From positions 716 to 64,715 of the forward strand of contig SVQI01000008.1 in NCBI GenBank assembly GCA_015065455.1: DNA of 64,000 nucleotides, in the 5' to 3' direction. This DNA is from Oscillospiraceae bacterium (lineage in GTDB: Bacteria > Bacillota > Clostridia > Oscillospirales > CAG-272). Under the pieces are notes generated by a model. That model did not search any database and had not been told where the DNA came from. It worked only from the letters and a program-made list of their open reading frames with translations. Positions 7,987 through 16,046 of this stretch are shown in pieces. Each line of letters starts with the position of its first letter. Position 1 is the first letter of the stretch. A program made the translations under genes and the position numbers.

Positions 7987-8925
7987 ATGGCAGATAAGAT
8001 TGCAACAAGAGAAGCCTACGGCAACGCGCTTGCCGAGCTTGGTGAAAAATATGATTTTGTAGTGTTTGATGCTGACTTGGCTGAAGCTACAAAGACAATT
8101 ACATTTAAAAAGAAATTCCCCGAAAGACACTTTGACTGCGGTATTGCAGAGGGCAATATGATTTCGGTTGCTGCAGGTGTTGCCGCAACAGGAAAGATTC
8201 CTTTTGTAAGTACTTTTGCTATGTTTGCTGCAGGACGCGGCTTCGAGCAGGTCAGAAACTCTATCGGATATCCTCATTTGAACGTTAAGATCGGTGCAAC
8301 TCACGGCGGTATCTCTGTTGGTGAAGACGGTGCTACACACCAGTGCAACGAAGACTTTGCTACAATGCGCGCTATTCCCGGTATGACAGTAATTTGTCCT
8401 GCTGACGCTGTTGAAGCAAGAGCTGTTGTAGAAGCGGCTATTCTTCATGAGGGTCCCATTTATATGAGATTTGGAAGATTTGCTGTTCCCACACTTTTTG
8501 ATAAGGATACTTATAAGTTTGAAATCGGTAAGGGCGTTCAGATGGCTGACGGTACTGACGTAACCATCGTTGCAAACGGTCTTATGGTTGAACAGGCGCT
8601 TATTGCTAAGGATCTTCTTGCAAATGAAGGAATCAGCGCAAGAGTTATCAATATGGCTACAATTAAGCCTCTCGATACGGAAATTCTTGTTAAGGCTGCA
8701 AAGGAAACAGGCGCTATCGTTACAGCAGAAGAGCACAGCGTAATCGGCGGTCTCGGAAGCGCGGTATGCGAAGCTTTGGCTGAAACCTATCCCGTACCCG
8801 TAAAGAAGGTTGGCGTTCAGGATACGTTCGGCAGAAGCGGTAAGGTTCCTCCGTTGCTTGAAATGTACGGCTTGACAGCAGCAAACATTGTTGCTAAGGC
8901 AAAAGAAGCTATTTCGATGAAATAA
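7987..8925 (+). CDS. transketolase, C-terminal (pyrimidine-binding) subunit
   Basis: 312 aa with GIAEGNMISVAAG and GEDGATHQ motifs. Directly follows the N-terminal subunit. Confidence 0.9.
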   Translation: MADKIATREAYGNALAELGEKYDFVVFDADLAEATKTITFKKKFPERHFDCGIAEGNMISVAAGVAATGKIPFVSTFAMFAAGRGFEQVRNSIGYPHLNVKIGATHGGISVGEDGATHQCNEDFATMRAIPGMTVICPADAVEARAVVEAAILHEGPIYMRFGRFAVPTLFDKDTYKFEIGKGVQMADGTDVTIVANGLMVEQALIAKDLLANEGISARVINMATIKPLDTEILVKAAKETGAIVTAEEHSVIGGLGSAVCEALAETYPVPVKKVGVQDTFGRSGKVPPLLEMYGLTAANIVAKAKEAISMK

Positions 8926-9076
8926 TAAGATGCTTCCCCCGCGTTTGCGGGGGAAACATTGAAAAAGGCACCTCGATATTATCAGAGGTTCTTAGGGTTT
9001 GTGTATTGTTTTATGTTTTTTTGGAAAAACTGAACAAACGGCAAAACAAAAGAATAATATGTAGAAGGAGAACGTA

Positions 9077-9388
9077 ATGGCTGTTATTACTATAACAAAG
9101 GAAAATTACGAGGAAGAGGTAATAAACTCCTCTGTTCCCGTATTGCTTGATTTTTGGGCGTCATGGTGCGGTCCCTGCCGTATGCTTTCTCCCATTGTGG
9201 ACGAAATAGCAGAAGAGGTAGAGGGAAAAGTTAAGGTTGGAAAGATCAACGTTGACGAACAGCCCGAGCTTGCAAAGGAATTTGGAATAATGAGTATTCC
9301 TACGCTTGTCGTTATGAAAAACGGCGAAATTTCTTCCAGAGAAGTGGGCTTAAGGAGCAAACAGGCTATCCTTGAAAAGCTGAACTGA
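9077..9388 (+). CDS. trxA: thioredoxin
   Basis: 103 aa with a WCGPC active site. Confidence 0.92.
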   Translation: MAVITITKENYEEEVINSSVPVLLDFWASWCGPCRMLSPIVDEIAEEVEGKVKVGKINVDEQPELAKEFGIMSIPTLVVMKNGEISSREVGLRSKQAILEKLN

Positions 9389-9395
9389 ATAAAAA

Positions 9396-9440
9396 AGGCT
9401 TTGCCCCATGAATAATATCACGGACAAAGCCTATTTTTTT
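9396..9440 (+). terminator. terminator after trxA
   Basis: AGGCTTTG...CAAAGCCT stem followed by a T7 run. Confidence 0.7.
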
Positions 9441-9504
9441 AGGTTTTAGAAAACACGTCGTTTTAAAAAACGTTTTCATTTAAGGAATATGCCGACGCGA
9501 TAGT

Positions 9505-9801
9505 TCAGTCAGCTTCACTGCCGGAATACAGAACTTCGGGTTCTTCGGCGAGCTTAGCCTCGTAAGCTTCGATAACGGCTTTTTCAAGTAATGCTCTAAA
9601 TTCCGCGTTAATGGGGTGTACAATATCACGATAGGTGTTATCGGGATTCTTGCGGCTGGGCATTACAATAAATAGTTTATCTTTAGTGTTGATTACTTTA
9701 ATGTCGTGAACTGCAAGCTGGTTGTCGAAGGTTACTGATACAATTGCTTTCATAGGACTCTCGTCGAATAGTTTTCTTACCTTGATATCAGTAATAACCA
9801 T
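9505..9801 (-). CDS. spoVG: septation protein SpoVG
   Basis: 98 aa. [11 protein letters not shown]...[27 protein letters not shown] is the SpoVG signature. Confidence 0.92.
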   Translation of the reverse strand: MVITDIKVRKLFDESPMKAIVSVTFDNQLAVHDIKVINTKDKLFIVMPSRKNPDNTYRDIVHPINAEFRALLEKAVIEAYEAKLAEEPEVLYSGSEAD

Positions 9802-9995
9802 AGTTTCCTCCTAAGTAATAATTATTGTTATTCTATCATATTATAACTTTATTTTATTAAAATAATACAAGTAAATATTGGTTAATTTTTAAATAATTTT
9901 AGAAAAAGTTGTTCACAATTTGTGCTATGTGTATAACAAATGTGAATAATATATATACATAATGCTAAAAAACAGTGAAAAGGAGTGGTGATGGC

Positions 9996-11378
9996 GTGTC
10001 AAAGGATATTAATAATTATGATAGATTTATATTACCTGACGGCGCGGAATCTGTTTTCTTTATCGGTATATGTGGAATAAGTATGTCGAGCCTTGCTTTT
10101 ATAACTCATACTCATGGCATAAAGGTGGGCGGCTCTGATACAAACGACGGAGAAATGGCAAGAAAACTCAGAGAGTCGGGAATAGAACTCTATATCGGAC
10201 ACTCCGCTGAAAATATAAAGGGCTACGATGCGGTTGTATACACAGCGGCAATTGCAGAAGATAATCCCGAGCTTATGTATGCAAGAGAAAACGGATTGCC
10301 TTGCATAAACAGAGCCGAATATCTTGGAAAGCTGATGCAGTCATATACAAATAAAATCGGAGTTGCGGGTATGCACGGAAAGAGCTCTGTTACGGGAATG
10401 ATTTCCCACGTATTTATTGAGTCGGGAAAAGAGCCTACTGTTCTTAACGGTGCGAATACTTATGAGCTCGACGGTGGTGCATATAAGATAGGAAGACAGG
10501 ATAGCTTTATTTTTGAGGCTTGTGAATACAAGGACAGTTTTCTGTCGTTTTATCCCGATATCGCCGTTTTGCTTAATCTTGAAATGGACCACGTTGATTA
10601 TTTTAAATCGCTTGACCAGATAAAAGAATCGTTTGCAAAATATGCAGATAAGGCAAGTACGGTTGTAGCATTTGGTAATGACGAAGACCTTATGGACGCT
10701 ATAAAAAACTATAAGGGAAGACTTGTTACCTACGGTGTTAATGACAATACACTTGATTTTTACGCCTATGATATAAGAGAAAACAGTCAAGGCTATGATG
10801 TTTTTAAAATTGGTCATAACGGTGAATTGTTGTGCGAGGTGGAGCTTGCAGTTCCCGGGGAGCATAACGTTGTAAACGCTACAGCGGCAATTACAGTTGC
10901 ATATCTTAACGGTATTGATGTTGGCGTTGCGGCTGAGAGTATGGGTACATTTAAGGGTGTAAACAGAAGAAGCGAATATAAGGGTACGGTAGACGGCGTA
11001 GTTATATACGATGATTACGCGCACCATCCGTCAGAAATAAAATCATCGCTTCACGGGCTGAAAAAGCTGTGCCGCGGTAGACTTTGGTGTGTATATCAGC
11101 CGCACACTTATTCAAGAACGGCAGGGCTTTTTGACGAGTTTTGCGAAAGCTTTGGCGAGGCTGACGAGGTTATCTTTGCCGAAATATATGCAGCAAGAGA
11201 AAAGAATACATTTGGTATATCTTCAAAGGACCTTGCTGACAAAATAGACGGCGCATTATTTATTGATAGTTTTGAAAAGATTGCAGAATATGTTAAAAAG
11301 AATGCAAAAGAGGGCGACCTTGTCGTATCGATGGGTGCGGGTGACGTATTCAAAGTACATCAGCTTTTGCTGAAATAA
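9996..11378 (+). CDS. murC: UDP-N-acetylmuramate--L-alanine ligase
   Basis: GICGISMSSLA and GVAGMHGKSS motifs of a Mur ligase. GTG at 9996 is preferred as the start because AAAGGAG lies 11 nt upstream. The ORF is open from GTG 9975. Confidence 0.9.
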   Translation: MSKDINNYDRFILPDGAESVFFIGICGISMSSLAFITHTHGIKVGGSDTNDGEMARKLRESGIELYIGHSAENIKGYDAVVYTAAIAEDNPELMYARENGLPCINRAEYLGKLMQSYTNKIGVAGMHGKSSVTGMISHVFIESGKEPTVLNGANTYELDGGAYKIGRQDSFIFEACEYKDSFLSFYPDIAVLLNLEMDHVDYFKSLDQIKESFAKYADKASTVVAFGNDEDLMDAIKNYKGRLVTYGVNDNTLDFYAYDIRENSQGYDVFKIGHNGELLCEVELAVPGEHNVVNATAAITVAYLNGIDVGVAAESMGTFKGVNRRSEYKGTVDGVVIYDDYAHHPSEIKSSLHGLKKLCRGRLWCVYQPHTYSRTAGLFDEFCESFGEADEVIFAEIYAAREKNTFGISSKDLADKIDGALFIDSFEKIAEYVKKNAKEGDLVVSMGAGDVFKVHQLLLK

Positions 11379-11404
11379 AATACTTAACTTTTATTTATTA
11401 AAAG

Positions 11405-11600
11405 TTTTTACGTTACTTTCTTGCGTGCCAAGAAAGTAACCAAAGAAGGCACAAGAGGAGGGGATTTCGATTTCCCCTCCTCTTGACTCCTACCCCTGAA
11501 ACGACCGAGGGCGTTCCTCCCTCGGTACCCCCCCTTTGTTCGCAGAAATGGTATTGCTTAATTATGTAGGGCGTATAACTTGACTTCCGCCCGTTTTTTT
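11405..11600 (+). repeat. R2 structured repeat, copy A (about 196 nt)
   Basis: TTACGTTACTTTCTTGCGTGCCAAGAAAGTAACCAAAGAAGGCACAAG is identical in all three copies. It is followed by a 13-bp purine/pyrimidine hairpin (11451-11484), a CCGAGGG...CCCTCGG hairpin and a terminal GGGCG...CGCCC hairpin plus T run. Confidence 0.85.
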
Positions 11601-11631
11601 AAAAGTAAGAATATAAAAAAACCTTTCCCTT

Positions 11632-12183
11632 TTAGCAAGGGAAAGGAAGATGATACGTATAAAAATTATCAAATTTTTTATCCGAGCAGACGGTTATTAT
11701 ATATCCGTCTGTTTCTTTATGTGAATAAATAAAAGTGTCCTCGGTTTTGTCAAAAAAACCGTTTCCGGTGAGCTTGCCCTTAGCCTCTCTTTTGGTCCAC
11801 TCTAACATATTTTCTGCAAATCTTTTTTTGACCAATGTCGAGAGCTCTTTGTCAAGCTCAATATCTATACCTACGGGTGTATCGGATATTGCGCATACTG
11901 CGTAGTCACCCGAATGAGAAAGGCTGAAATAAAATGGATTACCCTCTATATAGGGTTTGCCGTTTTCCATAGTCTTAAATGACAGATTTTCGTATTTGTA
12001 GTCTGTGCTGTCTTCTATTGCAAATCGTAATAGTGCGCCAAGTCCAATTGAACGCGCTTTATCTATGGGTAAAATAAGCTTATCGGCTTTTTGCTGTCTA
12101 TTAATATCAGTTTTGTCGTAGTAGTATTTATAAACGTCGGGTTTTAACAAAGGTGTAATATTAGTTATATAAACACAATTCAT
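11632..12183 (-). CDS. 4'-phosphopantetheinyl transferase (Sfp-type)
   Basis: GKPY....FSLSHSGDYAVCAIS..PVGIDIE motifs. The ATG at 12183 has a GAGGTG RBS. Confidence 0.75.
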   Translation of the reverse strand: MNCVYITNITPLLKPDVYKYYYDKTDINRQQKADKLILPIDKARSIGLGALLRFAIEDSTDYKYENLSFKTMENGKPYIEGNPFYFSLSHSGDYAVCAISDTPVGIDIELDKELSTLVKKRFAENMLEWTKREAKGKLTGNGFFDKTEDTFIYSHKETDGYIITVCSDKKFDNFYTYHLPFPC

Positions 12184-12240
12184 AAATATCACCTCTATTA
12201 TGATTTTAACATTATTAAAGGGGGATGTCAACTTATTCTA

Positions 12241-12268
12241 TTGATTTTCCGTTGTATTATGATATAAT
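12241..12268 (+). promoter_or_regulatory. sigma-A type promoter for the lipoate ligase gene
   Basis: TTGATT, a 16-nt spacer, then TG-a-TATAAT. Confidence 0.45.
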
Positions 12269-12325
12269 TAGGTATGAAAGACATTTTGTAAGATCTAATA
12301 AACAATACAAAATTAAGGTGTAATA

Positions 12326-13309
12326 ATGAAAATATACAGAAATAACAGTTTAGACCCTTACTTCAATCTGGCGGCGGAGCAATACTTGCTTGACTGCGAA
12401 GATAAAGAGGTGTTTATGCTGTGGAGAAACGATAACGCGGTTATCGTTGGGAAGAACCAGAATACGTATGCGGAAATTGACCTTGATTACGTAGAAAAGA
12501 ATAACATAAAGGTCGTGCGCAGACTGACGGGCGGGGGAGCAGTGTTCCACGATATAGGAAACGTGAATTTTACTTTTGTTGTTCCCGAAACATCAAATGC
12601 GACGCTCGATTTTGAGATATTTACAAAACCAATTATAAAGGCTATCCAAAATCTTGGGGTAGATGACGTGCATTTGTCGGGTAGGAACGATATAATGCTT
12701 GGTGACCGCAAAATATCAGGGAATGCGCAGACTCAGTATAACGGAAAGACGCTTCATCACGGAACGATTTTATATTCTGCCGATCTTTCAAAGCTTGCGG
12801 GCGCTTTAAGAGTTGATCCTGAAAAAATCAAGGCGAAAGGCATTAAGAGTGTTCGGAACAGAGTAGTCAATATATGCGACTGTTTAGAAAATAAAATGGA
12901 TACGGAAAGCTTTATGGCTTACCTCGAGGAATACGTTGAAAGCGAAACGAATTCGGAGATAGTTTCATTTTCTGCAGAGCAGATAGAAAAGATTCAAACT
13001 TTGGCAGATGAGAGATATTCAACTTGGGAGTGGAATTTTGGAAAGTCAAAAGATTTCTATACCGAGAAGAAAAAAAGATATTCTTTCGGAACAGTCGAAA
13101 TTGACCTGTCTGTGGAAAACGGAATTATAAAACAGATAAAAATTCTCGGTGACTTTTTTGGCATAAAAGATATATCTTTGGTTGAAGAGCTTTTGCTTAA
13201 TACAAGATATGAAAAAAACGATATCGAAAAGAAAATAAACGGCTGTGTTTTAGACGAGCACATATCAGGAATGACCGTTGATTTGTTTACAGAGCTTTTA
13301 TTTTCATAG
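12326..13309 (+). CDS. lipoate--protein ligase
   Basis: 327 aa with RRLTGGGAVFHDIGNVNFTF and ISGNAQ motifs of the LplA family. Confidence 0.85.
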   Translation: MKIYRNNSLDPYFNLAAEQYLLDCEDKEVFMLWRNDNAVIVGKNQNTYAEIDLDYVEKNNIKVVRRLTGGGAVFHDIGNVNFTFVVPETSNATLDFEIFTKPIIKAIQNLGVDDVHLSGRNDIMLGDRKISGNAQTQYNGKTLHHGTILYSADLSKLAGALRVDPEKIKAKGIKSVRNRVVNICDCLENKMDTESFMAYLEEYVESETNSEIVSFSAEQIEKIQTLADERYSTWEWNFGKSKDFYTEKKKRYSFGTVEIDLSVENGIIKQIKILGDFFGIKDISLVEELLLNTRYEKNDIEKKINGCVLDEHISGMTVDLFTELLFS

Positions 13310-13320
13310 GAGAAAAATAA

Positions 13321-14088
13321 ATGAAATACGGGCAATATGAGGCTTTGGCGTCTTTTTACGACGGGCTTAATCCCGACGTTGATTATCCGAAGTGGTGTGA
13401 ATTTATACAAAAAATTATAGAAAAGTTTGGAAATATAGAAACGAAGTTAGTGCTTGATCTTGCATGCGGAACGGGAAGTATGTCCGTTTTGCTTTCAAAG
13501 GCGGGGTATGAGGTAATAGGTGTTGACTTGTCTGCAGAAATGCTTATGGAAGCACAGCAGAAGGCGTTTGAAGAGGGAGAAAATATCTTGTTTTTGAATC
13601 AGGATATGTGCGAGATTGACCTCTACGGAACTGTTGACGCCTGCGTTTGCTGTCTTGACAGTATAAACTATCTTACTGAGGACGGACAGCTCAAAAAATG
13701 CTTTTCTTTAGTTAATAATTTTATGAATGACGGCGGACTGTTTATTTTTGATGTAAATACACCGCACAAGTTCAGAAACACGTATGGAAACAACGCTTAT
13801 ATTCTTGAAAACGAGGGCGTTTTGTGCGCGTGGCAGAACACGTTTAATGAAGAAGATGGAATATGTGATTTTGATCTATCGTTTTTTGTAGAGAAGAAAA
13901 ATGGAACATACGAGCGATTTGATGAAAGCCAAAGTGAAAGAATGTATAAAGACGAGGCATTAAGAAGCACATTGAAAGAATGTTCCTTTGACGTGTTGGG
14001 TGTTTATTCTGACTATGACTTTACAGAACAGACAGAAACTGACGAACGTTGGTATTACGTTTGCAGAGCAAACAATAAAAACAAATAA
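13321..14088 (+). CDS. class I SAM-dependent methyltransferase
   Basis: VLDLACGTGSMS (motif I). 255 aa. Confidence 0.8.
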   Translation: MKYGQYEALASFYDGLNPDVDYPKWCEFIQKIIEKFGNIETKLVLDLACGTGSMSVLLSKAGYEVIGVDLSAEMLMEAQQKAFEEGENILFLNQDMCEIDLYGTVDACVCCLDSINYLTEDGQLKKCFSLVNNFMNDGGLFIFDVNTPHKFRNTYGNNAYILENEGVLCAWQNTFNEEDGICDFDLSFFVEKKNGTYERFDESQSERMYKDEALRSTLKECSFDVLGVYSDYDFTEQTETDERWYYVCRANNKNK

Positions 14089-14107
14089 TATAAGTGCTTA
14101 TTTATAT

Positions 14108-14195
14108 AAAGTTTTTGCGGAGTCAAGAGGGGATTTTTTCAAAAAGCCCCTTTTGTCAAGGGTTCGGGAGCGAAGCTCCTGACATTCTGTGCTCC
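14108..14195 (+). repeat. R1 repeat, full copy
   Basis: AAAGTTTTTGCGGAGTCAAGAGGGGATTTTTTCAAAAAGCCCC...GGTTCGGGAGCGAAGCTCCTGACATTCTGTGCTCC. Confidence 0.8.
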
Positions 14196-14246
14196 TTTAA
14201 AAAACGCGAAAGCGTTTTTTTGTTTTAAGACGTATTATTTGTTTTA

Positions 14247-14530
14247 ATAATATTGTCTTTTCTTTTTTTACGTTACTTTCTTGCGTGCCAAGAAAGTAAC
14301 CAAAGAAGGCACAAGGGGGCGGAGGTTTCGATTCCTCCTCCCCCTCGACCCCCAACCACCAAACGACAAAGGGGGATTACCCCCTTTGCACCCCCATCGT
14401 TTGCGAAAGATGGAAGGTTAGGTTATACTTTTTGTTTTTTAATGAAAATGTTCCTCCCTCGGTACCCCCCTTTGTTTGCTGAGATAATATTATTTAAATT
14501 TGTAGGGCGTATATCCTGCTCCCGCCGTTT
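14247..14530 (+). repeat. R2 structured repeat, copy B (about 284 nt, chimeric or partly duplicated)
   Basis: Same 5' block as copies A and C. It contains a variant middle module (CAAAGGGGG-ATTA-CCCCCTTTG) followed by a 5'-truncated canonical module (GTTCCTCCCTCGGTACCCCCC...). Confidence 0.8.
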
Positions 14531-14541
14531 AAAATATTTTG

Positions 14542-15030
14542 TTATATAATATATTCAAGCTCAATATATGTATGTTTTTTGCCGAAAAAGTCATAAACAG
14601 TCTTATTTCCGGTTTCTTTAAAGCCGAGTGATAAATAGCACCTATATGCAGACACGTTGCTGTCAAAAACGGATAGGGTTAATGTTTTTGCATCAAATTT
14701 TGTTTTTGCATAAACAATAGCAGCTTCAAGCATTTTTTTGCCATAGCCCATTCCGCGTTTTGTGTCGTCTACAACAATCAAGCCAAATTTTATTTTTTGA
14801 GGGTTAAGAATTTGGAAAAACAAATGGCCGACAGTTTGACCCTCGTCCTCGGCAATCATACCAAAAAAATCATCGTTTCCGTTTTTTTCATACATTTCAT
14901 TAAACTTATCGGCAGTCAATGGATAAACGTCAAACCTATCGGCACACCAAAGCTTTAATGCCATTTCGTTTTTTATCCAGCCCACGACTAAATTTGCATC
15001 TTCTTTTTTGTACTGTCTTAAATTAATCAT
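14542..15030 (-). CDS. GNAT family N-acetyltransferase
   Basis: 162 aa with an RGMGYGKKML acetyl-CoA binding motif. Confidence 0.8.
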   Translation of the reverse strand: MINLRQYKKEDANLVVGWIKNEMALKLWCADRFDVYPLTADKFNEMYEKNGNDDFFGMIAEDEGQTVGHLFFQILNPQKIKFGLIVVDDTKRGMGYGKKMLEAAIVYAKTKFDAKTLTLSVFDSNVSAYRCYLSLGFKETGNKTVYDFFGKKHTYIELEYII

Positions 15031-15050
15031 AAAAACCCTTTCAAATATTA

Positions 15051-15079
15051 ATATATCCTCGGCATAGCCGAGGATATAT
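15051..15079. terminator. perfect palindromic hairpin between the NYN and GNAT genes
   Basis: ATATATCCTCGGC-ATA-GCCGAGGATATAT. The T run is weak. Confidence 0.4.
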
Positions 15080-15085
15080 ATTTTG

Positions 15086-15877
15086 TCAATCTGTAAAGAT
15101 TCCGTCTTTTTTAGCAGAATCCCAATTCACATTCAAAACTTTAATTGTTTTTACCGCATTGACCTTAACGGATTTCTGATAAATATATCCGTCTTCCATA
15201 AGCTTACGCAGAGCTTTCGTAACGTATCCTTTATCAATACTGTTTTTACGGGAAACAGCCTCAACCGTTGCCCAGAACGTAGGAAAACTTCTTTTGCCTT
15301 TTTTTCTGTTGCTTTTTTCTGTCAAAGGCTTCAAACTTGTAAGAATAGCTTTGTAACAGCTATATAATTCTTCATCTCTGCCGGGTATTTCAAAGAAACG
15401 GCTTGCGCAGTTTTTGAGCTGAGTGCTCATTGCGTCCTTAACTCCGTATACGAGAACCTCTTTGTTGCAGCGAGTAACGAGAAAGCTGACGGCAGAACTG
15501 AAATGGCCGTCGCCCGAGAAAATAATAAACGTGTCAATACCATCTGATTTAACGGCTTTTTGATAAATGTGGTCAAGCATAATAAAATCGGTGAAGTCTT
15601 TTTTGTGATGAGCAGATGCGTTTTGTGTTTCAACGATAGTGCTTGAAACCTCGCGTATTTTTGAAATTTCCAAACGAATAGCCGTATTTGAAAAATCTGC
15701 AAAAAAGATAATATCTTTTATATCGTAGTTGGCTGAGATTTCGTTAAACCAACCTTTTACATCAGGTTTTTGATTATGAAGTTTTCCGAGAGAAATATAC
15801 CAATGCTCATAGTCAACGAAGCATATAGCGTGCGGTTTTCTGTGCGCAGACTGACGTTTAAAAATATTAAACATCAA
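15086..15877 (-). CDS. NYN (LabA-like) domain protein with a C-terminal winged-helix-like region
   Basis: 263 aa. CFVDYEHW... and IIFSGDGHFSSAV resemble NYN/PIN-like nuclease motifs. The assignment rests on motif memory only. Confidence 0.55.
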   Translation of the reverse strand: MMFNIFKRQSAHRKPHAICFVDYEHWYISLGKLHNQKPDVKGWFNEISANYDIKDIIFFADFSNTAIRLEISKIREVSSTIVETQNASAHHKKDFTDFIMLDHIYQKAVKSDGIDTFIIFSGDGHFSSAVSFLVTRCNKEVLVYGVKDAMSTQLKNCASRFFEIPGRDEELYSCYKAILTSLKPLTEKSNRKKGKRSFPTFWATVEAVSRKNSIDKGYVTKALRKLMEDGYIYQKSVKVNAVKTIKVLNVNWDSAKKDGIFTD

Positions 15878-16046
15878 AGCTTTTTTCCTTCCTCCTTTCC
15901 CTAAAAATATTCAATAATATTATACAACATACCAAAAAAATAATCAAGGACATTTTTATTATTGAAAAATGATTTACTTTAATCTATAAAATGTGGTATA
16001 ATAAGAAAAGATATACAGAGTATTTTCACCGATGGGAGAAAAGTTT

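Noticed and set aside
7963-8736. A 257-aa minus-strand ORF antisense to the transketolase C-subunit. Similar long antisense ORFs occur at 7489-7956, 10341-11027, 19738-20277, 20599-21288, 21400-21930, 24188-24724, 24513-25031 and 25404-25892.
   Set aside because: All are shadow ORFs opposite strongly supported genes (tkt, murC, nrdD and ribosomal proteins). None contains a recognisable motif.
11451-11484. The R2 hairpin with a TTTCGATT loop as a tRNA pseudogene or tRNA-derived SINE
   Set aside because: Only a T-arm-like hairpin is present, and its stem is 12-14 bp rather than 5 bp. I could not draw an acceptor, D or anticodon arm. The loop similarity is kept only as a remark.
14108-14530. 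Whether the recurring R1 and R2 repeats could be a CRISPR array
   Set aside because: The repeats are 50-280 nt long and are dispersed tens of kb apart in separate intergenic regions. They are not regularly spaced with unique spacers, and no cas genes are in the window.
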